Source: Deinococcota bacterium
GTDB lineage: Bacteria > Deinococcota > Deinococci > Deinococcales > Thermaceae
Direction: 5' to 3'
Assembly (NCBI GenBank): GCA_041695225.1
Contig: JBGFRI010000035.1
Coordinates: forward strand, 64,001-128,000
Length of the DNA stretch: 64,000 nt
The notes beneath the pieces were generated by a model, which saw only the letters and a program-made list of their open reading frames with translations, ran no database searches and was not told the origin of the DNA. The translations under genes and the position numbers were made by a program. Each line of letters opens with the position of its first letter. Positions within the stretch are counted from its first letter, which is position 1. Below are positions 38,032 through 47,656 of this stretch, in pieces.

Positions 38032-38874
38032 TCACTTGCCAAAGCGTCGCTCGCGCTTCTGGTAGTCGCGCACCGCCCGCAAAAAGTCCACCTTGCGGAA
38101 GGCCGGCCAGAAGGCATCGAAGAAGTAGTACTCGCTGTAGGCGGCCTGCCACAGCAAAAAGCCCGAAAGGCGGATCTCGCCCGAGGTGCGAATGATGAAG
38201 TCGGGGTCGGGCACGCCTGCGGTGTAAAGCCGCTCGGAGATGTGTTCCATGTCAAGCTCGGCGGCCAGCTCCTCCGGCGACTTGCCGGTTCTGGCGGCTT
38301 CCAGCAGCAGACTCTTGACCGCGTCTATAATTTCTTCCCGCCCGCCGTAGCCCATGGCGATGTTGAGCAGCATCCCGCTGTGGTGCGCGGTGGCTTTTTC
38401 CAGCTCTTCTAAGGCCTGAAGCACTCTGGGGGGAAAGCGGTCGTGCCGTCCGATCACCTTTACCCGCACCTCGTTGGCGTGGATGCGGGGGTCCTGGGCC
38501 ATGCGCTGGGCCTCCTGGACGAAAAGGCGCATCAGCGTCTCGACCTCGAGCTGGCTGCGGCTCCAGTTGTCGGTGGAAAACACCCAGATGGTTACGGTGG
38601 GTATTTTGAGCTCGAGGCACCACTCCAAAACCTCGTAGGCCTTCTGTACGCCAAGCTCGTGGCCTTCGTGCCCTTCCAACCCCAGTTCCCTGGCAAAACG
38701 CCGATTGCCATCCAGAATCATCCCCAGGTGTTTGGGAGCGTGGCCCCGGCGTACCCTGGCCTCGACCCGTTTCTCGTACCACCAGTAGAGCGGCTTGAGA
38801 AGTGCTCTAAAGAGCCGTATGAGTTGCTGTCGAAGCGAACTTTTAGGAATGCGCACAGGTGAAGTCGTCGCCAT
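38032..38874 (-). CDS. uppS: cis-isoprenyl (undecaprenyl) diphosphate synthase family protein
   Basis: HLGMILDGNRR, FSTDNWSR, YGGREEI and IIRTSGEIRLSGFLLWQ motifs; GAGGAG RBS. Confidence 0.88.
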   Translation of the reverse strand: MATTSPVRIPKSSLRQQLIRLFRALLKPLYWWYEKRVEARVRRGHAPKHLGMILDGNRRFARELGLEGHEGHELGVQKAYEVLEWCLELKIPTVTIWVFSTDNWSRSQLEVETLMRLFVQEAQRMAQDPRIHANEVRVKVIGRHDRFPPRVLQALEELEKATAHHSGMLLNIAMGYGGREEIIDAVKSLLLEAARTGKSPEELAAELDMEHISERLYTAGVPDPDFIIRTSGEIRLSGFLLWQAAYSEYYFFDAFWPAFRKVDFLRAVRDYQKRERRFGK

Positions 38875-38965
38875 GAATCTCCTCAACCCATCTATCTTAG
38901 CCAGAAGTGCAGGGATAAGGTGTGCAAGTCGGTGAACCCCCCAGGAAACCGGCAAAACCCTGTGT

Positions 38966-39472
38966 TCAGCGTCGCAGGCGATCTACCTTCAACACAAAGC
39001 TCATCACGAAGTTGCCGTGTTTGGGGCTGGCCATCTGGATGCTGCTGCCCTGCAAGGTGAGGCTGGTATTGCTGAGCGCCGTGATGGTTACGCTCCCGCT
39101 GCCACCCCAGCTTTTGCGGTTGCTGGGGTTGCGATCGTCCACATAGCTCAGGGTGCCTCGAGCCTGGGGGTCTAAGGGGTCGCCCACCCGGTAGGTCTGC
39201 TGGAGCGGGAGGGGCCCCTTAAGGTCAACCGAAAGAATACGGGGAGCATAAGGGGGTGGACTGCTGCCTGGGTCGGCAAAAAAGTGGAGGCTGACTCGAG
39301 CCGAGTCCTTGAATACATCCCCCGTCACCCGAATCTGGGGTTTTGCGGGCAACTTGCCCAGATCGTAACCGCGCACCTGAAGCCTGAAACCGCCCCCCGT
39401 GGCGGGGGTGAGCCCGGTTTGAGCCAGGGCCACTGCTGCCAGTAACAGTCCGACTACCCATGGTCTGATCAT
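38966..39472 (-). CDS. Hypothetical secreted protein
   Basis: Signal peptide MIRPWVVGLLLAAVALA-Q; beta-rich mature region. Confidence 0.65.
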   Translation of the reverse strand: MIRPWVVGLLLAAVALAQTGLTPATGGGFRLQVRGYDLGKLPAKPQIRVTGDVFKDSARVSLHFFADPGSSPPPYAPRILSVDLKGPLPLQQTYRVGDPLDPQARGTLSYVDDRNPSNRKSWGGSGSVTITALSNTSLTLQGSSIQMASPKHGNFVMSFVLKVDRLRR

Positions 39473-39742
39473 GCCCCAGGTAAACAGCAGGTAGGCTGAG
39501 GCATATGAAAGTTGTATGCAGGCTTCTTGATTCTGCGCTCGTTCCAGGAGTACAGGACATACCGCTGGAGCGACCCCCGCCCATGCTTCCCTGTCCTGGC
39601 GGAGCAAAAAACTCCTGGATAAAAATCTGTTCAGGAAGCACTTTCCGACTTCGGCTGTGCAAATAAACCAGGATTAGACCCAGAATCCTCTAATTTTTGA
39701 GATGCGACGTAATATATGTGTACCCATAATGCGGAGGTTGAT

Positions 39743-41266
39743 ATGAAGCCTGGGTTCGGTCGTATAAGCCTGTTGTGTTTACTGGTCTTGTGGGTCTGGG
39801 GAGCTGGTCTGGCCCAAACCTTGCCGCGCGATGTGCGCGAACGCATCATTGCGGCTACGGTGTTTATTACCTACCCGGTGGGCAACAACTCGGTCAGCAC
39901 GGGTTCGGGCACCCTGATCAGTCCGCAGGGTTTCATCCTGACCAACTACCATGTGATCGGCGATCTCGAGAACCGCCGAATTGTCCCGCGCATTTTTGTG
40001 GGCGTCGTCCGCTTTGTGGATCAGCCCCCCGAGGTGCGTTTTCTGGCCGATGTGGTGGCTGCCGATCCCAATCTCGACCTGGCCCTTCTACGCATTACCC
40101 GCACCTCGGGCGGTCAGCCCATCGGCAACATGACCTTTCCGGCAGTTCCCATTGGCGATTCCAACAAGCTGATTGTGGGCGACCCCATCTATGTCTTTGG
40201 ATTTCAGGGGACTGGAGGCAATACCATTACCTTCTCGAGTGGGGCTGTGGGGGGGTTTACCGGCGAAGATATGGAGAGCGGCGGCAAGCAGTGGATCAAG
40301 CACGATGCCCAGACCGGCCCTGGCAACTCGGGTGGCGGCATTTACAACCAGGACGGTGAGTTAATCGGCATCCACACCCGTGGGGTGTCGGGGCAGGGGA
40401 ACTCCCGCACTGCTTTCATGCGCCCCTCCGCGCTGGCCTGGGGTCTGGTTGGCCCCAACGTGGCGGGGCTGGTGAACCGTGCGCCTGCAGCCAGCACCCC
40501 CCAGCCACAGCCTGCCGCTACAACTGCCTGGCCCCCCGCCATCCATACCGGCCAGACCTGGCAGGTGCGGGTTCAGGGCGGCCAGTGGACAGGGGAGTGG
40601 TCGGTGGTGGTGGGGCAGAAGGATGCCGATGGCGATTTTGTGGCAACCGCCAGCCTGGGCAGCCGTCGAACCGAGGCCCTGTTTTTCCAGCAGGACAACA
40701 TCGTGCGCCTGAATATTGGCGACAGCTATCCCCTGGCCCGTTGCCGATTCGACCCGCAAAACGCGAGCGGGGCCATCCAGGGCAAGCTTTTTGTCTTCAA
40801 AGATGCCAACGCCGATGCCGAGGAAGTTGGAACCTGTGTGGCCAGCCAGCGGGGGGCTCAGGCCGTGCAGCCCCAGCAGCCCCAGCAGCCCCAGGCCGCA
40901 GCCTGGCCTCCCCGGCTGGCCGTGGGGCAGCGCTGGCAGCTTGCCGTGACCGGCCCAGACCTCGAGGATGCCGGAACCATCACCCTCTCCGAGCGTGACA
41001 GCGATGGCGACCCCAAGGGAACCGTACTGTTCAAGGAAAATTTCTCGATGGTGGCCTACTTCTACTTGAGCCGCAGCGGAGCCGCTTTCCTGGACATGAC
41101 CGTCCCCAGCGGAGCCGATAGCCACCGTGCCTGGTGGCGCTGCCGCTTCGAGCAGCAAAATACCGCTACCCTCAAGGGAACCCTCCAGACCTTCAAGACC
41201 GACTCCAGCGGCCAGATCAGCGACCTCAAGGAAGTGGGGGCCTGTACGGCCACACTAAACAGGTAG
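39743..41266 (+). CDS. Secreted trypsin-like (S1) serine protease with two repeated C-terminal domains
   Basis: Signal peptide; TNYHV, DLALL and GNSGG triad motifs; two WPP...GQ.WQ...CRF...G.C repeats. Confidence 0.85.
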   Translation: MKPGFGRISLLCLLVLWVWGAGLAQTLPRDVRERIIAATVFITYPVGNNSVSTGSGTLISPQGFILTNYHVIGDLENRRIVPRIFVGVVRFVDQPPEVRFLADVVAADPNLDLALLRITRTSGGQPIGNMTFPAVPIGDSNKLIVGDPIYVFGFQGTGGNTITFSSGAVGGFTGEDMESGGKQWIKHDAQTGPGNSGGGIYNQDGELIGIHTRGVSGQGNSRTAFMRPSALAWGLVGPNVAGLVNRAPAASTPQPQPAATTAWPPAIHTGQTWQVRVQGGQWTGEWSVVVGQKDADGDFVATASLGSRRTEALFFQQDNIVRLNIGDSYPLARCRFDPQNASGAIQGKLFVFKDANADAEEVGTCVASQRGAQAVQPQQPQQPQAAAWPPRLAVGQRWQLAVTGPDLEDAGTITLSERDSDGDPKGTVLFKENFSMVAYFYLSRSGAAFLDMTVPSGADSHRAWWRCRFEQQNTATLKGTLQTFKTDSSGQISDLKEVGACTATLNR

Positions 41267-41545
41267 AGGTCAGGCGACCGGGTTTTTGTGCCCGTACACA
41301 CCCCGTTGGGAGTGTCGCCAGCACGGGTCTCATGTCGGCCCGAGACCGGCATACGTTGCGCCTCCGCGAAGATTACCGGCTTTCAGCCTTTTGCTTTCGC
41401 CTGCACCAGGGGTCGTGGAGAGTACAAAAATCTTGTTGCCTGGTGAGTGGTGGGCAAAAAAAATCCTCATGGAGGAGAGGATACCTCCGCTTTACCCCCG
41501 CTCTCATGCCCATCTGCTCTCCTTAGGCTCCGGTATGCTTTGGGC

Positions 41546-42691
41546 ATGAAGGTCATCACGATTGTGCTGGACTCGGTGGGGCTGGGCTACCTGCCCGACG
41601 CCGCGCAGTTTGGCGACGAAGGGGCCGATACCCTCGACCACACCGTGCTCAAGACCGGAATTGAGCTGCCCCATCTGGCTGCGCTCGGGCTGGGCCACGT
41701 GCCGGGGGTACACACGGTTCCTCAGGTAGCGCAGCCCAAAGGTGCTTTTGGGCGAATGGTGGAGGTCAACCCCGGCAAAGATACCTCCACCGGCCACTGG
41801 GAGTTTGTGGGCATCCAGCTCGAGAACGCGTTTCGGGTTTTTCCACAGGGTTATCCACAGGACTTCCTGGCCAGGTATTGTGAACGCATCGGAGTGGGGG
41901 GATACCTGCTCAACCTGCCCTATTCGGGCACCGATGCCATCCGCGACTATGGTGACGAACACCTTCGCACCGGCTTTCCCATTGTCTATACCTCGGCGGA
42001 CTCGGTTTTTCAGATAGCGGCGCACGTCGGCAAGATTCCCCTAAAGACCCTCTACGACTGGTGCAGGGTCGCAAGGGAGATGCTGGTGGGGCCGCTGGCC
42101 TGTGCGCGGGTGATTGCCCGACCCTTCGAGGGCGAGCCGGGGAACTTCTACCGCCGCGACGATCTGCGCCACGATTATGCGCTGGAGCCGCCCCACAACG
42201 TTCTGGATGTGATCAAAGCAGGAGGATTGGAGGTGGTGGGGGTGGGCAAAATTCCCGACATCTACGCCCACCGGGGCTTCACCCGCGAGGTGGGGTCGGG
42301 CGACAACCCCCAGGGTATGGAGCGCACCCTGGAACTGATGCGCGAGAACTTCTCCGGTCTGATCTTCACCAACCTGGTGGACTTCGACGCCAAGTTCGGT
42401 CACCGTCGCAACTCCCTGGGATATGCCCAGGCACTGATAGACTTCGATGCGCGACTACCCGAATTCCTGGTTGCACTCGGCCCGGACGACTACCTGTTCA
42501 TCGTCTCCGACCATGGCAACGACCCCACCTGGCGAGGCACCGACCACACCCGCGAGTACGGGATGTTGCTGGTAGCGGGGCCGGGGATGGCCGGAAAAGA
42601 CCTGGGAACCCGCCCAACCTTTGCCGATCTGGCTGCGAGCTGGGCCAGGTTGTTTGAGTTACAGTGGGATGGAGCTGGGGTTTCAATCTGA
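41546..42691 (+). CDS. deoB: Phosphopentomutase
   Basis: [49 protein letters not shown] and DHTRE motifs. Confidence 0.95.
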   Translation: MKVITIVLDSVGLGYLPDAAQFGDEGADTLDHTVLKTGIELPHLAALGLGHVPGVHTVPQVAQPKGAFGRMVEVNPGKDTSTGHWEFVGIQLENAFRVFPQGYPQDFLARYCERIGVGGYLLNLPYSGTDAIRDYGDEHLRTGFPIVYTSADSVFQIAAHVGKIPLKTLYDWCRVAREMLVGPLACARVIARPFEGEPGNFYRRDDLRHDYALEPPHNVLDVIKAGGLEVVGVGKIPDIYAHRGFTREVGSGDNPQGMERTLELMRENFSGLIFTNLVDFDAKFGHRRNSLGYAQALIDFDARLPEFLVALGPDDYLFIVSDHGNDPTWRGTDHTREYGMLLVAGPGMAGKDLGTRPTFADLAASWARLFELQWDGAGVSI

Positions 42692-43843
42692 GGCACGTGC
42701 CCGGACTACCCGGTAGTTGGCAAGTGAAAAAGCCAGATAGCTCACCACCCCTGCCAGCAACGCCGCTACCGCAAAGCTGGCTCGAACTGTGCCCACCTCG
42801 GCTACTGCGCCCAGCAGCACCGGCCCTACCAGCCCGCCGATGGTGCTCATGGTAGAGATGCTGGCCATGGCCGCTGCCGGGGATATGCCAGGGGTCTGGG
42901 AGGCCGCAGCGAACATGAGTGGATATAGGGTGGCCATACCCAGGCCCATACAGGCGATACCGAAGTACATGCCCCCTACCGTGCCCGAGACCACCGCTAC
43001 CCCCAGCCCGAAGCCACCCAGCAGTGCGCCATAGCGCACCACCCGCACCGCCCCGAACTGCCGCACCAGCCAGTCGCCGCTGGAACGCCCCACCAGCATC
43101 ACCGCCTGGTGCACCGCGAAACCCAGCGCAGCCAGCGATTCCGGTGCCCCCAGGCTGCGCAGGTAGACCCCGCTCCAACTGGCAATCGAGCCATCGCTGA
43201 TGGCGGTGCAAAAGCCCATCAGACCCAGCAACAGCAGTGAGCCGCTGGGTAGCACGAAGGTTTGCCGGGTGGGAGAGGGCGAGGCCGCCAACAGCCACCC
43301 ACCGGCCCGCCAGGCCAGGCCGGCCCCCAGTCCGCCGATCAGCAAAAAGTGCCAGAAGGGGGAGAGCCCCAGCCCGGCCAGCCCCGCACCCGCCAGAGAA
43401 CCTGCCAGCGCCCCCGCGCTCCACAGCGCGTGGAAGGAAGAGAAGATGGGCTTGCCATAGTTGGTTTCCAGGGCCGCCGCCTGGGTGTTCATGCCAATGT
43501 TGAGGGTGTTAAGCAGAAAACCGTACAGCACCAGACCGGCAAACAGCCACGCCGGAGAGAGTAGTAATCCCAGTACCGGCAAGGAGAGCGATACAGCCAT
43601 TCCGAAGATACGGGCCACCCGGCGGCTGCCCCACCACGCCACCGAGGTTCCAGCGGTCAGACCTCCCAGCAGCGCCCCCAGCATGTTGCCCAGCAACACC
43701 AGCCCCAGTACTGCTGCGCTCATCTCGAGGCGCTCTTTCTCGGCAGGGATGCGCGAAATCCAGGTCGCGGCCACAAACCCGTGCAGAATGAAGAAACCGG
43801 AGATTGCAATTCGCGTTTGCAGGAGGGTAGCGGCAGGCGACAT
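42683..43843 (-). CDS. MFS transporter
   Basis: About 12 hydrophobic segments; [11 protein letters not shown] and [13 protein letters not shown] loop motifs. Confidence 0.88.
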   Translation of the reverse strand: MSPAATLLQTRIAISGFFILHGFVAATWISRIPAEKERLEMSAAVLGLVLLGNMLGALLGGLTAGTSVAWWGSRRVARIFGMAVSLSLPVLGLLLSPAWLFAGLVLYGFLLNTLNIGMNTQAAALETNYGKPIFSSFHALWSAGALAGSLAGAGLAGLGLSPFWHFLLIGGLGAGLAWRAGGWLLAASPSPTRQTFVLPSGSLLLLGLMGFCTAISDGSIASWSGVYLRSLGAPESLAALGFAVHQAVMLVGRSSGDWLVRQFGAVRVVRYGALLGGFGLGVAVVSGTVGGMYFGIACMGLGMATLYPLMFAAASQTPGISPAAAMASISTMSTIGGLVGPVLLGAVAEVGTVRASFAVAALLAGVVSYLAFSLANYRVVRARASD

Positions 43844-44041
43844 GCAACGCTGAGTATACGCCTGCAAGCGCAGGGCTTTAGCCAGAAATGCCTGGGTGGG
43901 CCAACAAAGTATCCAAAGGTTGACCTGCCAGAACCTGCCTGACCTGCTCGAGGCGTGGATGGTGTTGACTTCAATTCGGGCTGGCCAGTTCCACGTCCAC
44001 GCCGGGGGGTTGGCAAGGTTGGCTGCCAGCGCCAGACCAGT

Positions 44042-45433
44042 TCATCCATTCCCCCTTACTTGCTCCCAGGTGTACCGCTTCAAAATCTCGCCGTTCTCGA
44101 AGACGGTGTGCAGGACGCTCTGGGGGTGCGGGGTGTATTCACCGGCCTCGAGGTCGACCGTGCGGATGCCACGCTCGTCGCGGATCACGTCCAGGCGGCC
44201 TTTCTTGCTGGCCTTGCCCATGTCGTCTGTGGGGCTCTTGCTCACGCCATAGGTCAGACCCCCTACCGTGACCAGGTGCAGTTTCTGGGCGAACTTCTGG
44301 GTGTCGCGGTGGGGGTGCTGCAAGAGCGCACCACCCATGCCAAAAGCCACATTAGAGGCGCTGTAGCCCCACTGCTCCAACAGGAACAGAATTTTGCGAA
44401 TGCTAGCAGCGTTGATGCCGTCGCCCTGGATGACCCGCACACCATTCAAAACCTTGAAACCTTTTGTGTTGACCGTCGCTCCGAATTTGGCTTCCAGAGT
44501 CTGCACCGTACGCAGTACCACAAAGGGTGGGTCGCCGGAGTCGGGACGGATGACCGGGGTTGCACCCGAGGATACGATCAAGTCCCTCAGCTCCTCGCCA
44601 ATGATCTGGCTCACCGCGTGCTCGCGGTTGTAAGAGTCAATCACCATTGCAAACAGCGCACCCGACTTGCCGAAAGTCTCGATCATTTGCCGGTAAGCGT
44701 GGGCCTCGCCCGCACGGCCAAAGCTGGTCACGGTGGAGTGCTCCATGGCGGGAATGGAGTAGCCCGCCATTTCCGCCCCGTAATAGTTGCGAGCGTAGAT
44801 GAGCGCAGTTACCGTATCAGTGCCCATGAAATTGACCAGGTGGGCCATCCCGCCCAGGCCCGCGCTCTCCTGGCTGCTCACCCCCCGCGCCCCAAAGTCG
44901 TGCAGCTTGAAGGGCAGTTCGGCCTCGGGATCGTCGGCAGTTTTTTCCAGCGCTGCACGGATGATCTGCCTGATCTCCCACGATACGGTGCAGACTGTGG
45001 TGGGATACCAGACCGCCCGCAACAACGCGGTCTCCATCCAGCCTGGTAGCCAGGGCAGTTCGGGGTCGGTGCTTTCGATGACTACCAGCGGAGTATGGAC
45101 AGGAATCACGGCTCCTTCTGGAACCGCACGGATACGCACCGGCAGCCTGCCCCCGAGGTCTCTGGCAACATGCATCCAGCGCTCATAGGGGAAGGGTAGG
45201 CCGTGGGCTGAAAAAACACTCCCGGCCTCTTCCACGTCGGCTATGCTTACCCCCCGGGATAGGTATTCCATCAAGAAGGCTTGTAGACCGAAGAAGCGCA
45301 CAAAGTTGGAGTCGCCGCCCCGGCTCTCGATGTACCAGCTCCCGAAGGTCATACCCTGGGGAAACTGGGCAAAGTGGCTGGCTTTGTAGCTATCGGTATT
45401 GAGGATCAGGTTGTGGGGGTTGAGGGGTTTCAT
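44042..45433 (-). CDS. nadV: Nicotinamide phosphoribosyltransferase
   Basis: TDSYKASH, WYPTTV, LHDFGARG, PAMEHS, IRPDSG, IQGDG and FGMGGALLQ motifs; RBS AAAGGA before ATG 45433. Confidence 0.92.
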   Translation of the reverse strand: MKPLNPHNLILNTDSYKASHFAQFPQGMTFGSWYIESRGGDSNFVRFFGLQAFLMEYLSRGVSIADVEEAGSVFSAHGLPFPYERWMHVARDLGGRLPVRIRAVPEGAVIPVHTPLVVIESTDPELPWLPGWMETALLRAVWYPTTVCTVSWEIRQIIRAALEKTADDPEAELPFKLHDFGARGVSSQESAGLGGMAHLVNFMGTDTVTALIYARNYYGAEMAGYSIPAMEHSTVTSFGRAGEAHAYRQMIETFGKSGALFAMVIDSYNREHAVSQIIGEELRDLIVSSGATPVIRPDSGDPPFVVLRTVQTLEAKFGATVNTKGFKVLNGVRVIQGDGINAASIRKILFLLEQWGYSASNVAFGMGGALLQHPHRDTQKFAQKLHLVTVGGLTYGVSKSPTDDMGKASKKGRLDVIRDERGIRTVDLEAGEYTPHPQSVLHTVFENGEILKRYTWEQVRGNG

Positions 45434-45530
45434 GGACGTTCCTTTCGCCAGAAGTTTGAGAACCAGGTGGGACAGCTGCTTGCCGTTAGCCTCCGACTTT
45501 TCTACTTCGGCCCTCGAGCCTCGACCTCGC

Positions 45531-46607
45531 TTACAAATGCCGTTCCACGAACCAGCGAATTTCCTGGTAGTGATCTTCGAAGAAACGGGCCTGGTGCCGG
45601 GGCAGTTCACTGAGGGAGAGCCAGAAGGCTCTGGAGGCGTCGTCCTGACCATGAACGGGGGGGGGCGGGGTGTCGTCCAGATCGAAGTAGTGGCCGTGGC
45701 TGATGACCCTGCCGCGCAGGCTACGGCCAGGGTAGTCAAAGGCTTTGGTGGCCTTGAGCAGCGGGGGTTGCAGTTGTAAGCCGGTTTCTTCCTGCAGTTC
45801 GCGTAGAGCAGACTCCAGCAGGGTCTCCTTCAACTCCACATAACCGCCCGGCAGCGCCCAGGCCCCTTTGCTGAGCGACCCACCCCGCTCGACCAGAAGC
45901 ACCTGCCCCTGGGCCAGCACCATGGCATCGGTAGCGACGTGCACGATGGGATAGGGGTAGCGCTGATCGAGCCAGCGGAAGTGCTCGAGCGTTTTCCACT
46001 CTGCTTGGAGACGGCTGAATTCAGAGGTGGTGGCGAAATGCTCCATGAACCGTCGCACGGCTTCTGGGACCATCGTTTTCCACTCGTTTCCGCCAGCAAA
46101 ATAGCTATTCCGCACGTCTGTGGCGTTGAGTTTGCTCACCACCCCGCTGGGCTCGAAGGGCCAGTTGCCGAAGCCATGCAGGTAGTAGCTGCTCTGGTCC
46201 TTGTCGAAGCCGGTGATGCAGATATCGGCGTCTTTGCCCGCGATCGCTTCGACCGCGGAGCGTACCGAACGAAACCAGCGAGGGTCGTCGTAAAAGTCGT
46301 CCGGGATGGGCACGAAGTGGAGTCGAGGGTCTTGCGTTGAGGGTGGAGCGTCGAGAAACGGGTGGGAGGAGAGGCGGCCCGGGTCTTTTTCTCCCCTGTC
46401 CCCCCGCCTGCCGGCTCCTCCGCGCAGACTTTCCCGGATCATCGCCTCGAGCTGTTCGGCACTGAAAGGGTTTTTGGGGGTGGGATAGCAGAGGGCGCTG
46501 CCAATCACCACAACCAGCTGTTCGAAGCGGGCCAACGCGCGGGTCATGGTCTCGAGGTGGGCCAGGTGGGGGGGTTGAAAACGCCCAATGAATACTGCGG
46601 TCTTCAT
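45531..46607 (-). CDS. nadM: Bifunctional NMN adenylyltransferase / ADP-ribose pyrophosphatase (NadM-Nudix)
   Basis: IGRFQPPHLAH, KNPF and NATDVR motifs; Nudix box GG...E...ALRELQEETG; RSLRGR; FFEDH. Confidence 0.9.
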   Translation of the reverse strand: MKTAVFIGRFQPPHLAHLETMTRALARFEQLVVVIGSALCYPTPKNPFSAEQLEAMIRESLRGGAGRRGDRGEKDPGRLSSHPFLDAPPSTQDPRLHFVPIPDDFYDDPRWFRSVRSAVEAIAGKDADICITGFDKDQSSYYLHGFGNWPFEPSGVVSKLNATDVRNSYFAGGNEWKTMVPEAVRRFMEHFATTSEFSRLQAEWKTLEHFRWLDQRYPYPIVHVATDAMVLAQGQVLLVERGGSLSKGAWALPGGYVELKETLLESALRELQEETGLQLQPPLLKATKAFDYPGRSLRGRVISHGHYFDLDDTPPPPVHGQDDASRAFWLSLSELPRHQARFFEDHYQEIRWFVERHL

Positions 46608-47368
46608 ACTTCCCTCCGAAATCGGTATAGCTCGGCTGGCCGGAACCCGGTTCCGCTCTCGAGTTCCCCGGTGGCCTCCAGCAACCCCGAGGCCAGCACC
46701 TTGCGCCGGAAGGAGTCTTTGTTGAGCTTTTTCTGCAGTACGGTCTCGTGTACGGCCTGCAATTGGCGCAGCGTAAAGCGCCCAGGCAGCAACTCGAAGC
46801 CGATGGGGGTGTACTCGAGTTTGCCCCGGATGCGCTTGATCGCGACCCCCAGAATCTCGGCATGGTCGAAAGCCAGCGAATACTTTTTATGCCTTCCGTC
46901 AAAAATTTCCACCCCACCCTCTCCCTGGGGGATGCGCAGCTTGAAAAGTGCCCTTTCATCGGGGATTTCTCGAATGTGACTGGCTTCTACCAGCGCGTAG
47001 CTGGCCACGCTGATGGTGCGCATACGGGGATCGCGCTGGGGATTGCCAAACGTGTAGAGCTGCTCCAGGTAGATCGGGTGATGGCGGGTTTCATCTCTTC
47101 CCGCACTTCCCACCACTCCTTCCAGCCCGGCTTTTTGTCGCAGAACCCGTGCGGCGGCTTCGTCCAGCGATTCGTGCATTTGTACAAAACCACCCGGCAG
47201 GCTCCAGTAGTTGAGGAAAGGGTGCTCCTTGCGCTTGACCAGCAGGGCTTCCAGAAGCCCTTCTCGTAGGGTCAGGATGACCACATCCACCGTTACCGAG
47301 AGCCGATCAAACCCTGTAACATCGTGGCCATCCAGGCCGTGCTGTTCTTCGTTGTTGCGCTTGATCAT
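46604..47368 (-). CDS. nrtR: NrtR Nudix-wHTH transcriptional regulator
   Basis: VTVDVVI, WSLPGGF, LEQLYTFG..RDPR, LAFDH, FTL.QL, FRRK and RPAELY motifs. Confidence 0.92.
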   Translation of the reverse strand: MIKRNNEEQHGLDGHDVTGFDRLSVTVDVVILTLREGLLEALLVKRKEHPFLNYWSLPGGFVQMHESLDEAAARVLRQKAGLEGVVGSAGRDETRHHPIYLEQLYTFGNPQRDPRMRTISVASYALVEASHIREIPDERALFKLRIPQGEGGVEIFDGRHKKYSLAFDHAEILGVAIKRIRGKLEYTPIGFELLPGRFTLRQLQAVHETVLQKKLNKDSFRRKVLASGLLEATGELESGTGFRPAELYRFRREV

Positions 47369-47390
47369 CCCCGGTTCTACCCCAGTATCT

Positions 47391-47430
47391 TATATGCAAA
47401 GAGCATATATGCAAAATAGAGATAAGTCAA
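47391..47430 (-). promoter_or_regulatory. nrtR-nadM-nadV promoter with overlapping palindromic operator
   Basis: Minus-strand TTGACT(47430-47425)-17 bp-TATGCT(47407-47402). The palindrome TATATGC-AAAGA-GCATATA (47391-47409) covers the -10 box. Confidence 0.75.
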
Positions 47431-47656
47431 GAAGCTACCATTCAACCGGTGGAGGGGTTACCATAAATGCAGAATGCACACAAATTCTGTGACGCTTGAT
47501 CGTTTTGATTGGGCAGATATGTTGATTTTCGCCAGTTTATGGTAATGTGTTGACTTAAGCGGCCGACCGCGAGGACGTTGACTCTCGAGTAGTTAGATGC
47601 AATGAGCAGCTAAGTTGCGGAGGGAAACGATCGGACACCGCTCCCACGGAGGCAAT

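Noticed and set aside
45434..45739. Extended nadV ORF suggesting a frameshift fusion with nadM
   Set aside because: nadM ends normally after FFEDH, and nadV has its own RBS and ATG at 45433; no slippery site was seen.
44042..46607. nadV plus nadM as a phage NAD-reconstitution (anti-defence) module
   Set aside because: There is no phage context; the NrtR regulator and operator indicate an ordinary cellular salvage operon.
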